The notes under the pieces are model-generated. The model was not told where the DNA came from. It did not search any database and saw only the letters and a program-made list of their open reading frames with translations. A DNA stretch of 64,000 nt from Octopus sinensis (Eukaryota), in NCBI RefSeq assembly GCF_006345805.1, contig NC_043004.1, forward strand, positions 94,302,001 to 94,366,000. The letters run 5' to 3'. Each line of letters begins with the position of its first letter. Position 1 is the first letter of the stretch. Below, one piece after another: positions 23,951 through 34,293 of this stretch. A program made the position numbers and the translations under genes.

Positions 23951-24212
23951 AATCTTCTACCCTTGACTGTATCCTTATTCAGCCAATGTTGATCGTACAC
24001 CACTCCAGTCATTTTTGACGACGTGGGTTATATGAGAGAGAGAGAGAGAGTGTGTGTGTGTGTGTGTGTGTGAGATTTTCGCTTAGGCATTGAGAGACCG
24101 ATAACCCGATGTAGAACTCCATATAAGTGCTTCAGAACGAAGTGTTGATTGAGTACAGAACGGTAATAAGAGAGGGAGAGAGATGACAAGAGAATAAAAA
24201 GATTATCTTATG

Positions 24213-24318
24213 AACTTCATTAGCTTACAGCTGTTTCTGCTATAAGATGCAGTGGACTCATAGTTGAGTGTCTGAGTATCACCTTATAGCTTCATCGGAG
24301 CTTCGAACACGAAGTGTA
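24213..24318 (-). ncRNA. Variant type I hammerhead motif (CCGAUGA core)
   Basis: The minus strand reads agct-CCGATGA-A-GCTATAAGGTG...ACTCA-acta-TGAGT...CATCTTATAGC-A-GAAA-CAGCTG-TA|agct. Stem I is 4 bp plus a bulged extension, stem II is 11 bp, and stem III is the palindrome ACAGCTGT. It deviates by U4C and an A10.1/A11.1 mismatch. Confidence 0.6.
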
Positions 24319-24419
24319 ATTTATTTGGGAAAGAATTGCATTTGTGCTTATATAGAGAAAAATGTTGATACCGTTCTCTATGTAGGCACAAATGTAATTC
24401 TTTACCAAATAAATAGTAC

Positions 24420-24520
24420 TTCGTATTAGAGACTCCGATGAAGCTTTAAAGTGTTATTCAGGCACTCAACTATGAGTCCACTGCATCTTATAGCAGAAAC
24501 AACCGTAAGCTAATGAAGTT
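24420..24520 (+). ncRNA. Degenerate variant hammerhead motif (mirror copy)
   Basis: CCGATGA 24435-41 and GAAA 24496-99. Stem III has mutated to ACAACCGT and stem I is weakened. Confidence 0.4.
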
Positions 24521-24675
24521 CATAATCTTTTGTTCCTTTGTCATCTCTCCTTCTTATATATATTTAATGTGTTTGAAATGTAAAACTTTGCGAAGCCATA
24601 CAACCCATCCCAAAAGATATCTTATCTCTCCGTCCCAGCATTACCAATACCACTAATAAACTATTTCTAACAATA

Positions 24676-25028
24676 CAGGCGCAGGCGTAGCTATATGGTA
24701 AGAAGCTTGCTTCTTAACCACATGGTTCTGAGTTCAGTCCCACTGTGTAGCACCTCGGGCAAGTATCTTTTACACTAACCAGGGCCAAACAAAGACTTGT
24801 CGGGGAATTTGGTAAACGGAAACTGAAGAAAGCCCATCGTTTATATGTGTGTCCTACCACTGCTTGACAACCAATATTGGTGTGCTTACGTCCCCGTAAC
24901 TTTGCGATTCGGCAAAGACACCGATAGAATAAGTACCAAGCTTTAAGAAAATAAGTATTAGAGTCGATTCAAGACGGTGCCCCTGCATCGCGGCGGTCTA
25001 ATAAGTGAAAGAAACAAAAAAGATTAAA
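24676..25028 (+). mobile_element. SINE family C, diverged
   Basis: Collinear similarity to 22578-22986. Confidence 0.8.
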
Positions 25029-25314
25029 GAAAACATGCACATCACGATGTTATTTACTCTCGACGATCCTCAACCACCACTACAATATTGCTGACAACAC
25101 ACTACATTAAGATTTACCTTAAACGACCCACAGTCACAACAATAACTTTGAAAACACAAGCCATATTGCGATTTTACCCCGAGCACATGCTCGACTCTGA
25201 CGAGCGCATGTTTGAGCCTCAGCGTGTTCGCTTAGCCTGCTAAGAGAAAAGAAGCTAAATTTTCTCTGAAACCGCTCCCTGCTGTCCTAAACAAGGCAGA
25301 AAACAATTTGAACA

Positions 25315-25733
25315 GGGGGCGAGCTGGCAGAAACGTTAGCACACCGGGCGAAATGCGTAGCCGTATTTCGTCTGCCGTTACGTTCTGAGTTCAAACTCCG
25401 CCGAGGTCGACTTTGCCTTTCATCCTTCCGAGGTCGATAAATTAAGTACCAGTTACGCACTGGGGTCGATATAATCGACTTAATCCGTTTGTCTGTCTGT
25501 CCTTGTTTATCCCCTCTGTGTTTATCCCCTTATGGGTAGTAATGAAATAGGCATTTCGTCTGCCATTACGTTGTGAGTTCAAATTCCGCCGAGGTCGACT
25601 TTGCTTTTCATCCTTTCGAGGTCGATAAAGTACCAGTTACGCACTGGGATCGATGTAATCGACTTAATCCCTTTGTATGTCCTTGTTTGTCCCCTCTGTG
25701 TTTAGCCCCTTGTGAGCAATAAAGAAATAAGAA
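25315..25733 (+). mobile_element. SINE family A dimer inserted in repeat E
   Basis: One head and two body units. The 10-bp TSD aatttgaaca is at 25305-25314 and 25734-25743. Confidence 0.9.
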
Positions 25734-26589
25734 AATTTGAACAATGATGGTGATGGCTGAAACGTTTTTATCGTTAGATCTACTCAATCAGCATTCACCT
25801 GCATCCAAACCACAGCAACGTCTCTCATAAACAGAACGTTTCCCGCAATATATAACACTAATTTAAATCACATACAGACCAGTAATCTCATTTTCCTTTT
25901 TGCCTTGATTGTAAGCGTAGTTATGTTAGAGGCAGTTTAGCCCTAGGCCAGTCTTTATCAGGACTATGAGGAAATTTGTTCCAACTGTCATCACCACATT
26001 TTCATTTTAGCCGGTCGGACAATCTCAGCAAGGCCACGTTATCTGTTTATTATTCGTGGTGCTGTTTGAGACAGAGCTGTGGTTCAAGTCTAAACCTGGC
26101 CTCATCATTGAAACCAATGATCAAATGTGTTCCAGCCGTGACCATTCCATTTTCATTCAGAAAAGGTATCAAGTGCTACATTAATCATTTTTCCTTCTTT
26201 TAGAAAATGTGGTTTGATTTAAAAGTGATGTTTATCCCTATTTCTAGTGGAGGCTCCCTTGATAGGCCTGACATAGATGTGGGGTTTATAGTGTTCATGG
26301 AAAACAGTCGTGATAGTTGTGACTAATTAATGAGTAAGCGGTGGTTTGGCAATTCTAAGAGCATCGAATAGAACTTTGTTCGTTATTCGTTCCGGCCGTC
26401 TGAATTTTGAGTTCAAATTCTACCGAAGTCGCTTTTGCCAGTCCGGGGCAGTGGTTTCGCAGAACTGATAAAACACAAGACGTTTTGCAGTATGCGTTCC
26501 GACATTTTCAGTTCTGAATCCAAATGCAATCTAGATGCCGATAGCCAGAGCTAATCACCCAATCTCAGGAGCCTACTTGTAACCAACAA

Positions 26590-26945
26590 CTAGCCAGCAT
26601 AAACATGTAAGCTTAAATCAAATAAAAATAATCCCGCATAGATGAACCAGAAACATGGACGAGTAGGCCTACAATCCGCATGTCAGCAACATAGAAAGGT
26701 AAGTCTACAACTAACATAGATAATTCGACAGTATGGATAGGTAGAACTACAATCAGTGTAGATAAGCCAGTACCATGAACAGGTAGGCTAATAATCAGTT
26801 TAAATAAGCAAATAAGACAGAGATGTATGCCGGAAACTGAGTATAGGTAAGCTAGCATAAATAAACCAGCAACATTAACAGGTAGCCCTACAATAGCATA
26901 AATAACCCATCAAGATAGACAAGTGAGCCTACATTCAGAATACAT
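26590..26945. repeat. Degenerate ~40-bp minisatellite
   Basis: Recurring unit resembling gcatagataaaccagcaacatgaacaggtaggcctacaatca, about 7-8 diverged copies. Confidence 0.7.
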
Positions 26946-27494
26946 AATGAAACTTTATCCAGCAGTGGATCGACAACGGTCGAGTTAAGATTGGTTTGTT
27001 AGTTCTAGTGGTTGTATCCGTTTAGAATAGTAAATTAGTTTACACTGCTAACATAATGACTATGGTTTAAATCTACACATGAAGGTGGCGAAGTTACTTC
27101 TACGTGTAGCGGCCAGTTATGCAAGCCTCTGGTATCTATTTACAATTAGGTAGATTTGATTGCAAAGCAGGTGAGGTACATCATGACAAATTTACTTCAC
27201 CGCATGTAACATAACCCGAATGCCCCACTAAATTGTATGCGATATGCCCTGGTTATCTTCCTTACAGAAGAGATTTTCAAATCCACACCACATGGCACGG
27301 AACATTCCTTTGCAGTCACGCAGCAGTTGACACATTTCCTTACTTCCACACAAGTTCTGACAGCCATACTGTGACTCATACAACATGCCATAAATTCAAC
27401 ATCATACTCCACACAAATAACCTTCACTCACACATTACATCCAATGAGCGTAACCCTGTCACACAAGAACATTGGACGAATACTCCATGGGGCA

Positions 27495-27574
27495 CTCACA
27501 CACACGCACGCACACACACACACACACTCACACACACACACACCACACACACACACACACTCTCGCTCGCTCGC

Positions 27575-27620
<46 letters not shown>

Positions 27621-27625
27621 TCTCT

Positions 27626-27672
<47 letters not shown>

Positions 27673-27719
27673 TCACACACACACACACCACACACACACA
27701 CTCTCGCTCGCTCGCTCGC

Positions 27720-27769
<50 letters not shown>

Positions 27770-27782
27770 TCTCTCTCGCTCG

Positions 27783-27819
<37 letters not shown>

Positions 27820-27845
27820 TCACTCACTCACTCACACACACACGA
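27495..27845. repeat. Compound (CA)/(CTCG)/(CT) microsatellite, duplicated as a higher-order unit
   Basis: The same ordered block of microsatellites occurs twice (~27520-27680 and ~27680-27840). Confidence 0.9.
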
Positions 27846-28450
27846 ACGTTCAACTACCATACTTTTACGATTCAGATTTCAATTCCTGACGCGATCGCCT
27901 TTACGTTTTATCCCCCAGCTTCAATAAAACAAATTCAGTTAAGACAAAAAACATTGACATCATGACTTTACTTAGCCTTGTCTCTTGGTTTATTACCACC
28001 ACATAACTCCTAGGTGTCTTCAGCAAAGTCCAAATTGCTGCAAGCAAAAGGGCCAAACCCTGGTTTCTTTTCTACTCTTTCTCATCATCATCGGAAGCCC
28101 GATAAAATGTTCGTGGAAGCTGGCTACACCATTAAACAACCACGTAGACGCCATTACTAGACTAATCCACAACTATACTACACCAATACCACCACAACAC
28201 TATGTCTCTGTTAGTACTCTATACCGTCACTACAGCAGTTTCTACTTCTACACTATACCTGCACTTCCACACTATGCCTACACTATCGTACTAATTCACC
28301 TCCACACTGTCTGCACTACCGCTCTACTATACCACCACATTCAAAATACGCGTCTCCATTACCACGCACTGCCACTCTACCACAGTCTCCACTGTCACTC
28401 AAAACAAACACCACCACTACACTGTCTCCATTACTATACTACAACTCACT

Positions 28451-28690
28451 AAAAAAGGCGGCGAGCTGGCAGAAACGTTAGCACGCCTGGGCGAAATGCT
28501 TTGCGGTATTTCGTCTGTCGTTACGTTCTGAGTTCAAATTCCGCCGAGGTCGACTTTGCCTTTCATCCTTTCGGGGTCGATAAATAAAGTACCAGTTTCG
28601 CACTGGGATCGATGTAATCGGCTTAATCCATTTGTCTGTCCTTGTTTGTCCCCTCTGTGTGTAGCCCCCTGTGGGTAGTAAAGAAATATA
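28451..28690 (+). mobile_element. SINE family A monomer
   Basis: The 16-bp TSD tatactacaactcact is at 28435-28450 and 28691-28706. Confidence 0.92.
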
Positions 28691-29269
28691 TATACTACAA
28701 CTCACTCAAGTCTTCCTTGCGCCACCTTAAACTACATCAACAAGGTTCTTGTATCTCCAGTACCACGCAACATCCCACATGCTCTTTCTCATTGCCATCT
28801 AGCTAAGAGTTGTCAAAGAACGGACAAATGCCTGAAATATCCGGCGTTGCTATCTAGACCTGTGGCTAGATTGCAAGCGTTTGAAACGTTATATCCGTGT
28901 AGATAAGCGACATCCGCGTTAAAGATGGATTTAAGTGCTTTTAGCTTTAGTTACACCACCGCCACCACCACGTCACTATCAAGAAGAGCGTTATCTACAA
29001 CAGCAGCAACAGCAACGGTAGCAGTAGCAAAACTATTCATATAAATTAATGAGAAAAATTCTGCGTGCTCGAGTTGCTATTTCTAGCAAATCGAGCGACC
29101 ATGCACACTTTTTCCCAAATTTTATCTTGGTGTCTTATATATAGTTCATGTTAGATACTGTGATCTTCTGTGCACTGTCTATAAAAATAATAGTATTGCA
29201 ACGTTTGGAACAGCTTCGGTTATAGGTCTTTTTTAATCACGTTTTAACCCGGGGATAAACAATAATATT

Positions 29270-29770
29270 AATACCGGTTTCAAATTTTGACAGAAGGCTA
29301 GCAAGTTCGGGTGAAGGAGTAAGTCGATTAAATCGATCTCAGTGCTCAGCTGGTACTTATTTTATCGACCCCGAAAGAATAAAAGGCAAGGTTGACTTTG
29401 GCGGAATTTGAACTCAGAACGTAAAGACAGACGAAATGCCGCTAAGCATTTTGCTCACCACCTTGACAACAATAGTAATATTGGTTTTAAATTTTGACTC
29501 ATGGTCAGCAATTTCGGTGTAGTGAATTAAGTCTATTAAATCGACCCCAGTGCTGAACTAATACTTATTTTATCGACTCCCGAAAGGAAAAGTCTTAGTG
29601 ACATTTCGTCAGTCTTTGCGTTTTGAGTTCGAATTCCGCCGAGGTCGACTTCGCTTTCCATCATTTCGAGGTCGATAAAAGAAAGTACCAGCTGAGCACT
29701 GGGGTCGAGGTAATTGACTTAAACACTTGCCCAAAGTTTCAGGCCTTGTGCCTATAGTAGAAAAAGAAAA
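29270..29770. mobile_element. Three SINE family A copies (-, -, +)
   Basis: Copies at ~29270-29465, ~29475-29590 and ~29600-29770. Confidence 0.8.
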
Positions 29771-29784
29771 TATTATCAACCTAC

Positions 29785-30425
29785 CAGTGGCGGTTCGTAG
29801 ATAAAATTAGTAGGGGTGCTGCTTAAGAAAATTTTTAGCTATTGTTTTAATTTTGTGTAAAAGGAAACAAACATATAAAAAGAAAATCTATACATAAACT
29901 TGATCGGTTGGCGTTTTAGGTAATGTGTTTAATTTGTTCACTGAACATCGTCGAGATTTCCCACTTGTTTTTCACACACACACACCCATCACAAAATGGG
30001 GGGGGGAGTGTGCCCTTTTTTCAAATCTTGGTTGCAATACTGAAGCTGGAAGCAGGATAATAATCTAATTCTACACTTCATCACATTCAATAATGTGATA
30101 AATCACAACATTCGGCACTGTCATTCATGCAGTGCTCTCTCTTCCTAGCATGAAGCTTCCTATCTCGGACATGTGAGCATGCACTCAACAGCCAAATACC
30201 GCGTCCTTAGAACTGTGAAGCGCACAGTTCTATACAAGGATCTTTGTACTTTCTCCATAAACTAGGCGATGGCTACGGACATTAAGCTTAAGGATTATAT
30301 AATGTACAAGTATAAAGCAAGAATTAAAGAAAAAAGGACTCGTTATATTGATTGATACAGATAATATCGAGTGGAAGAAATAGGGGTGCTACAGTTCCGT
30401 AGTTCCTATACACGAGCCGCCACTG
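29785..30425. mobile_element. Non-autonomous hAT-type DNA transposon (641 bp)
   Basis: TIRs cagtggcggttcgt / acgagccgccactg. The 8-bp TSD caacctac / cagcctac has 1 mismatch. The subterminal motif taggggtgct occurs near both ends. Confidence 0.85.
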
Positions 30426-30469
30426 CAGCCTACTGTTCACGTTTAGAAAACTGCGTTAGATTTAATTAA

Positions 30470-30732
30470 CCTTTAAACGGCGGACATCGTTTTTTGGTGT
30501 TTTAAAAGTTTTACAAGACTACTGTCTTCGTCAAATAAAAGTGAATATTACACGGCACTTTTCGACAATGTGATAGCAAATTTTATTGTGCCAGAAACTA
30601 ATAATTATTATAGATTTTGTACTTATATAAAGTGAAAGTAAGTATAAAAATTACTCTTAAGAAAAAGAGATATTTTTGTTTTTAGCCCGGTTGGCGCACA
30701 CATTCATGTAACCCTTTCCCGTTGTTTAAGGG
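30470..30732. mobile_element. piggyBac-type MITE (263 bp)
   Basis: TTAA at 30466-69 and 30733-36. Imperfect TIRs cctttaaacggcgg / ccgttgtttaaggg. Confidence 0.7.
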
Positions 30733-31125
30733 TTAATACAGGCTGGTGATAGAATTTCGAAACCCACACATTTCTTAGCGCATTCATTTCTATCTGACGT
30801 CATGTAGACTTAAGGACAGGGTGCAGGTGGGAATGTAGGGAACGTGTTCTAATCTTGCAGCTGGAGTCAGAAAAGAAAATGGTGATGACAGATACCCCGG
30901 TACGAAGTTAACTATGACCAGCACCCCAACACCAATTCATACACTAAACATATACAACACGCATACACACAAACATGATACATTGTGTGTGTGTGAGCGC
31001 ACCAATAAGACACCACACACGTCCCATTTTTCATAACAAAGAATTCAAAACACTTTGTCAATAACAAAGCCCCTTTGTTTTGCATTAATATACATGAACA
31101 AGTGTGTTTATGTGTCTAATTACAC

Positions 31126-31165
<40 letters not shown>

Positions 31166-31877
31166 TGTTTGTGTGGATACTACGCTATTGAGTAATAGGT
31201 GTATTTCTGTTGAATCAATGTACCCAATGGTGTATGTATAGATGTGTGAGCGTGTGAGAGAGTATATGTGTGTGGGGGGAGTGCATCAGTATATGTATAT
31301 GTGTGTGAAAGACAGAGAGAGAGATTAAGATAACGTGTGTGAGCGTATCTGCGGATGGTTATATTTGACAGTGACGGAATTTACACAATAATAATAAGAA
31401 TTTGTCATTTTCCCAAACTTTCCAAGATTTTTATCAATCATTATACTAAATAACATTGAGATGAATTCCACAATAGGATTTCGTTTTCTTTAGGAGAAAG
31501 TGTAATCAACAGTAAGTTAATAGCAAGTTATTTCATATTTGCGTTAGCAACAGGGGGGGGGTGTTTTTACCTTAATCACCACCACCCAACACACTATCGG
31601 ACAAAATATTAGACGCAATTAAAATAGACCACCCTGCTTTTAAGATGACTACCTACATTTTTTAAAATTATAAGATGGTTTAAAATAACATGTCATTTGG
31701 TGTGATTTAAACAGGCTCTGCCATCATTTCCAAGGCATGAATATATTTCACGAGAAAAGGTTACTGTAGAGAACAGGGCTTCTCAGACAGTTTAAGGTTA
31801 GCGCCCTTATTTGGTGAAAGGCGTTTTACAAACGCTCTGTTTAAACGTTTCGCAAAAGAAAAAAGTTAATTATGTAC

Positions 31878-32188
31878 AGTGCGCATTGCTCAGTGGTTAG
31901 AGAGTCGTGCTCTAATCATGGGGGAGTGAGTTCGATTCCTGGACCGGATTGTATGTCGTGTTCTTGAGCAAGACACTTTATTTCACGTTGCTCCAGTTCA
32001 CTCGGCTGTAAAAATGAGTTGTGACGTCACTGGTGCCAAGCTGTATCGGCCTTTGTCTTTCTCTTGGATAACATCGGTGGCATGAAGACTGCTGGTCTTC
32101 CATAAACAATCTCGCCCAGATTTGTGCCTCGGATGGGAACTTTCTGGGTGCAGTCTCATGATTATTCATGACCAAAGAGAGTCTTTAC
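31878..32188 (+). mobile_element. SINE family D head + tail T2
   Basis: Same head and core as D (ttcttgagcaagacactttatttcacgttgctccag), then the tail gacgtcactggtgccaagctgtatcgg... shared with 50396-50731. Confidence 0.8.
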
Positions 32189-32413
32189 TCTTTTATCCTA
32201 TATTATCCATAGTTTCTAAAACTATCTTGCCCCCTGCGTGTACCGTTTTATAGAAATCTTTATGGAAATTACTAAAGAAGATAAAGCTATATCCTTGGTC
32301 AATCAGAGCTATGTTGAAGCTGAAAGAAGATAATAATAGGATAAAACTGGAATCCCTGATATCTAGTTTCACCGGTTTACAAATGATCCTTTCCCACAAT
32401 TTACCGAAAATAA

Positions 32414-32802
32414 CTCTTTACTTTTTTACTTATTTCAGTCATTTGACTGCTACCATGCTGGAGCACCGCCATTTTAGTCGAGCAAATCGACCCCAGGACT
32501 TATTCTTTGCAAGCCTAGTACTTATTCTATGGATCTCTTTTGCCGAACCGCTAAGTTACGGGGACGTAAACACACCAGCATCGGTTGTCAAGCACATACA
32601 TGCATACACACACACATATATATGTATATATACACGATGGGTTTCTTTCAGTTTCCGTCTACCAAATTCACTCACAAGGCTTTGGTCGGCCCGAGGCTAT
32701 AGTAGAAGACACTTGCACAAGATGCTACGCACTGTGTCTGAACCCGGAACCATGTGGTTGGTAAGCAAGCTACTTACCACACAGCCACTCCTGTGCCTCT
32801 AT
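32414..32802 (-). mobile_element. SINE family C
   Basis: Collinear with 12778-13184. Confidence 0.9.
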
Positions 32803-33079
32803 AACCGAACTTTTATTTTCAGTATTTATTAGAGGCGATTTCATCGACAAAATTCTTCAAGCTGGTACCCCAGCTTGGCCGCAATCCAATAACAAAACTA
32901 AAAATTAACACATTTCAAATACATAATTGAAGAGAGCGCATTTACATTTATGACTTTTATATTTCAAAATTTACAACTACACGCGCACATATATATGAGA
33001 GGGGGCGGGGATCCGGACAAAAGTCCCTTCGGACAAAGAGCCCTACGGTCATATTTTTCGGTTATTTTTTTTCGTTTCT

Positions 33080-33590
33080 AGAATTTTTAGTTAAATGTAT
33101 CGACCCCAGAATTTCCTTTTTGTTTACTTGTTGCCAGTTATTAGACTGCGGCCGGCTATGCTGGAGCACCACTTGAAGAATTTTTAGGTGGCTGTATGGA
33201 ACCCAGAATTTTTTAAAGTTTGATCAGAACCACTTCTGTGATATAACTCCTTTTGTTTTTTTTATTACTTGTTGCAGTCGTTAGACTGCGGCCATGCTAC
33301 GGCACCATTTTGAAGAATTTTTAGTCGACCCCAGAATTTTTTTTAGATTTTCAACCAGCGCCTAGGAGGTCTCTCGACATGCTAGACATAACAGCCAAAT
33401 CTCTTGAAATTATTTTATAACTCCCCCGCCCCTCGGTTATAATTTTTGGTTATTGTTTGTTAGTTTTTTTTCAAAAGATCTTTTTACTTGTTTCATTCAT
33501 TGGACTACAGCCATGCTGGGGCACCACCTTGAATAATTTTTAGATGGCTGTATTGACCCCAGAATCTTTTTTAGGTGATTCTCAACCAGC
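33080..33590 (-). repeat. Three or four tandem degenerate copies of the family C 3' end
   Basis: Recurring tttacttgtt..cagt..ttagactgcggccatgctggagcacc..ttgaagaatttttag..gaccccagaattt. Confidence 0.7.
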
Positions 33591-33660
33591 ACAAAATTAT
33601 ATGATGTATTATGGGTATGTACCCACGCGCATATAGGTATATATATAGACTGATTTATAT

Positions 33661-33795
33661 CACATAATCTCCGAAGAGGCCTTATGATATTTTTGTAAAT
33701 GTCTCATTTATAACTATATATTGACCTACCATAAAAGGCTAATATAAGTTGAATGAGACATACTTATCTACATGGCCGAAACAGCTGTAAGATGT
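33661..33795 (+). ncRNA. Variant type I hammerhead motif with very long stem II
   Basis: atct-CCGAAGA (33671-77), GGCC/GGCC (33678-81 and 33774-77), GAAA 33778-81, palindromic ACAGCTGT 33781-88, H17=A33789, agat closing stem I. The stem II interior pairs (ATGTCTCATT/AATGAGACAT, TATATT/AATATA). U4C deviation. Confidence 0.6.
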
Positions 33796-34035
33796 AATCT
33801 ATATTTATATTTATATTTACTTACATTTATATTCTCTTATATATATTCTACTTATTGTATAACATTACTCTTTTATGTACACTTTTTTATGTATACTCCT
33901 TTATGTACACTGTTTTGCTCTACTTTTTTATGTTTAACCCTATAGTTTCTTATATGGTGGTAAAATAAAGTATGTGATTGAGTATTATCTGGTAATTGAT
34001 ATTTGATTTAGATGTATTTCTCCATTTTCTTATTT

Positions 34036-34084
<49 letters not shown>

Positions 34085-34127
34085 TATTTATATATGATAT
34101 AAACTCCTGTTAAATTAAGTTATACAA

Positions 34128-34160
34128 TTTTATTCTCTTTTTTCTTTTTATCATTTCCAG
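34128..34160 (+). promoter_or_regulatory. 3' splice acceptor of the giant coding exon
   Basis: Long polypyrimidine tract ttttattctctttttcttttatcattt followed by CCAG|34161. Confidence 0.7.
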
Positions 34161-34293
34161 TCTATGAAGTGATATCTTCGACCGAGATGACAGTAAATAT
34201 TGTGATTTATTCAATAATCCACTCGATATTGTGATTGGCTGGCGCTCTACATATGAACATTTTGTTATATCTACATTGCAACAAGCAGAAATA

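Larger units (their letters stand above)
24178..24549. repeat. Fold-back: ~180-bp imperfect inverted arms, 14-nt loop, each arm with a variant hammerhead motif
   Basis: 24178-24359 is the reverse complement of 24374-24549, with scattered substitutions and a small indel. Confidence 0.95.

Noticed and set aside
27233-27965. Long ORFs (218, 173, 151 aa) over the CA/CT repeats, and similar I/Y-, V/C- and T-rich ORFs at 53.2-54.0, 56.1, 58.0-58.9, 59.8 and 63.2 kb
   Set aside because: They are stop-free only because they lie in microsatellites.
28848-28900. Hairpin preceded by CTGAAATA and followed by GAAACGTT, superficially hammerhead-like
   Set aside because: The core does not fit CUGANGA, stem II does not close next to GAAA, and no stem I was found.
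34231-34293. GTG start given by the ORF track
   Set aside because: This is a prokaryotic-style start call. In this eukaryotic gene the frame opens at 34168 after a splice acceptor, and the first ATG is 34294.
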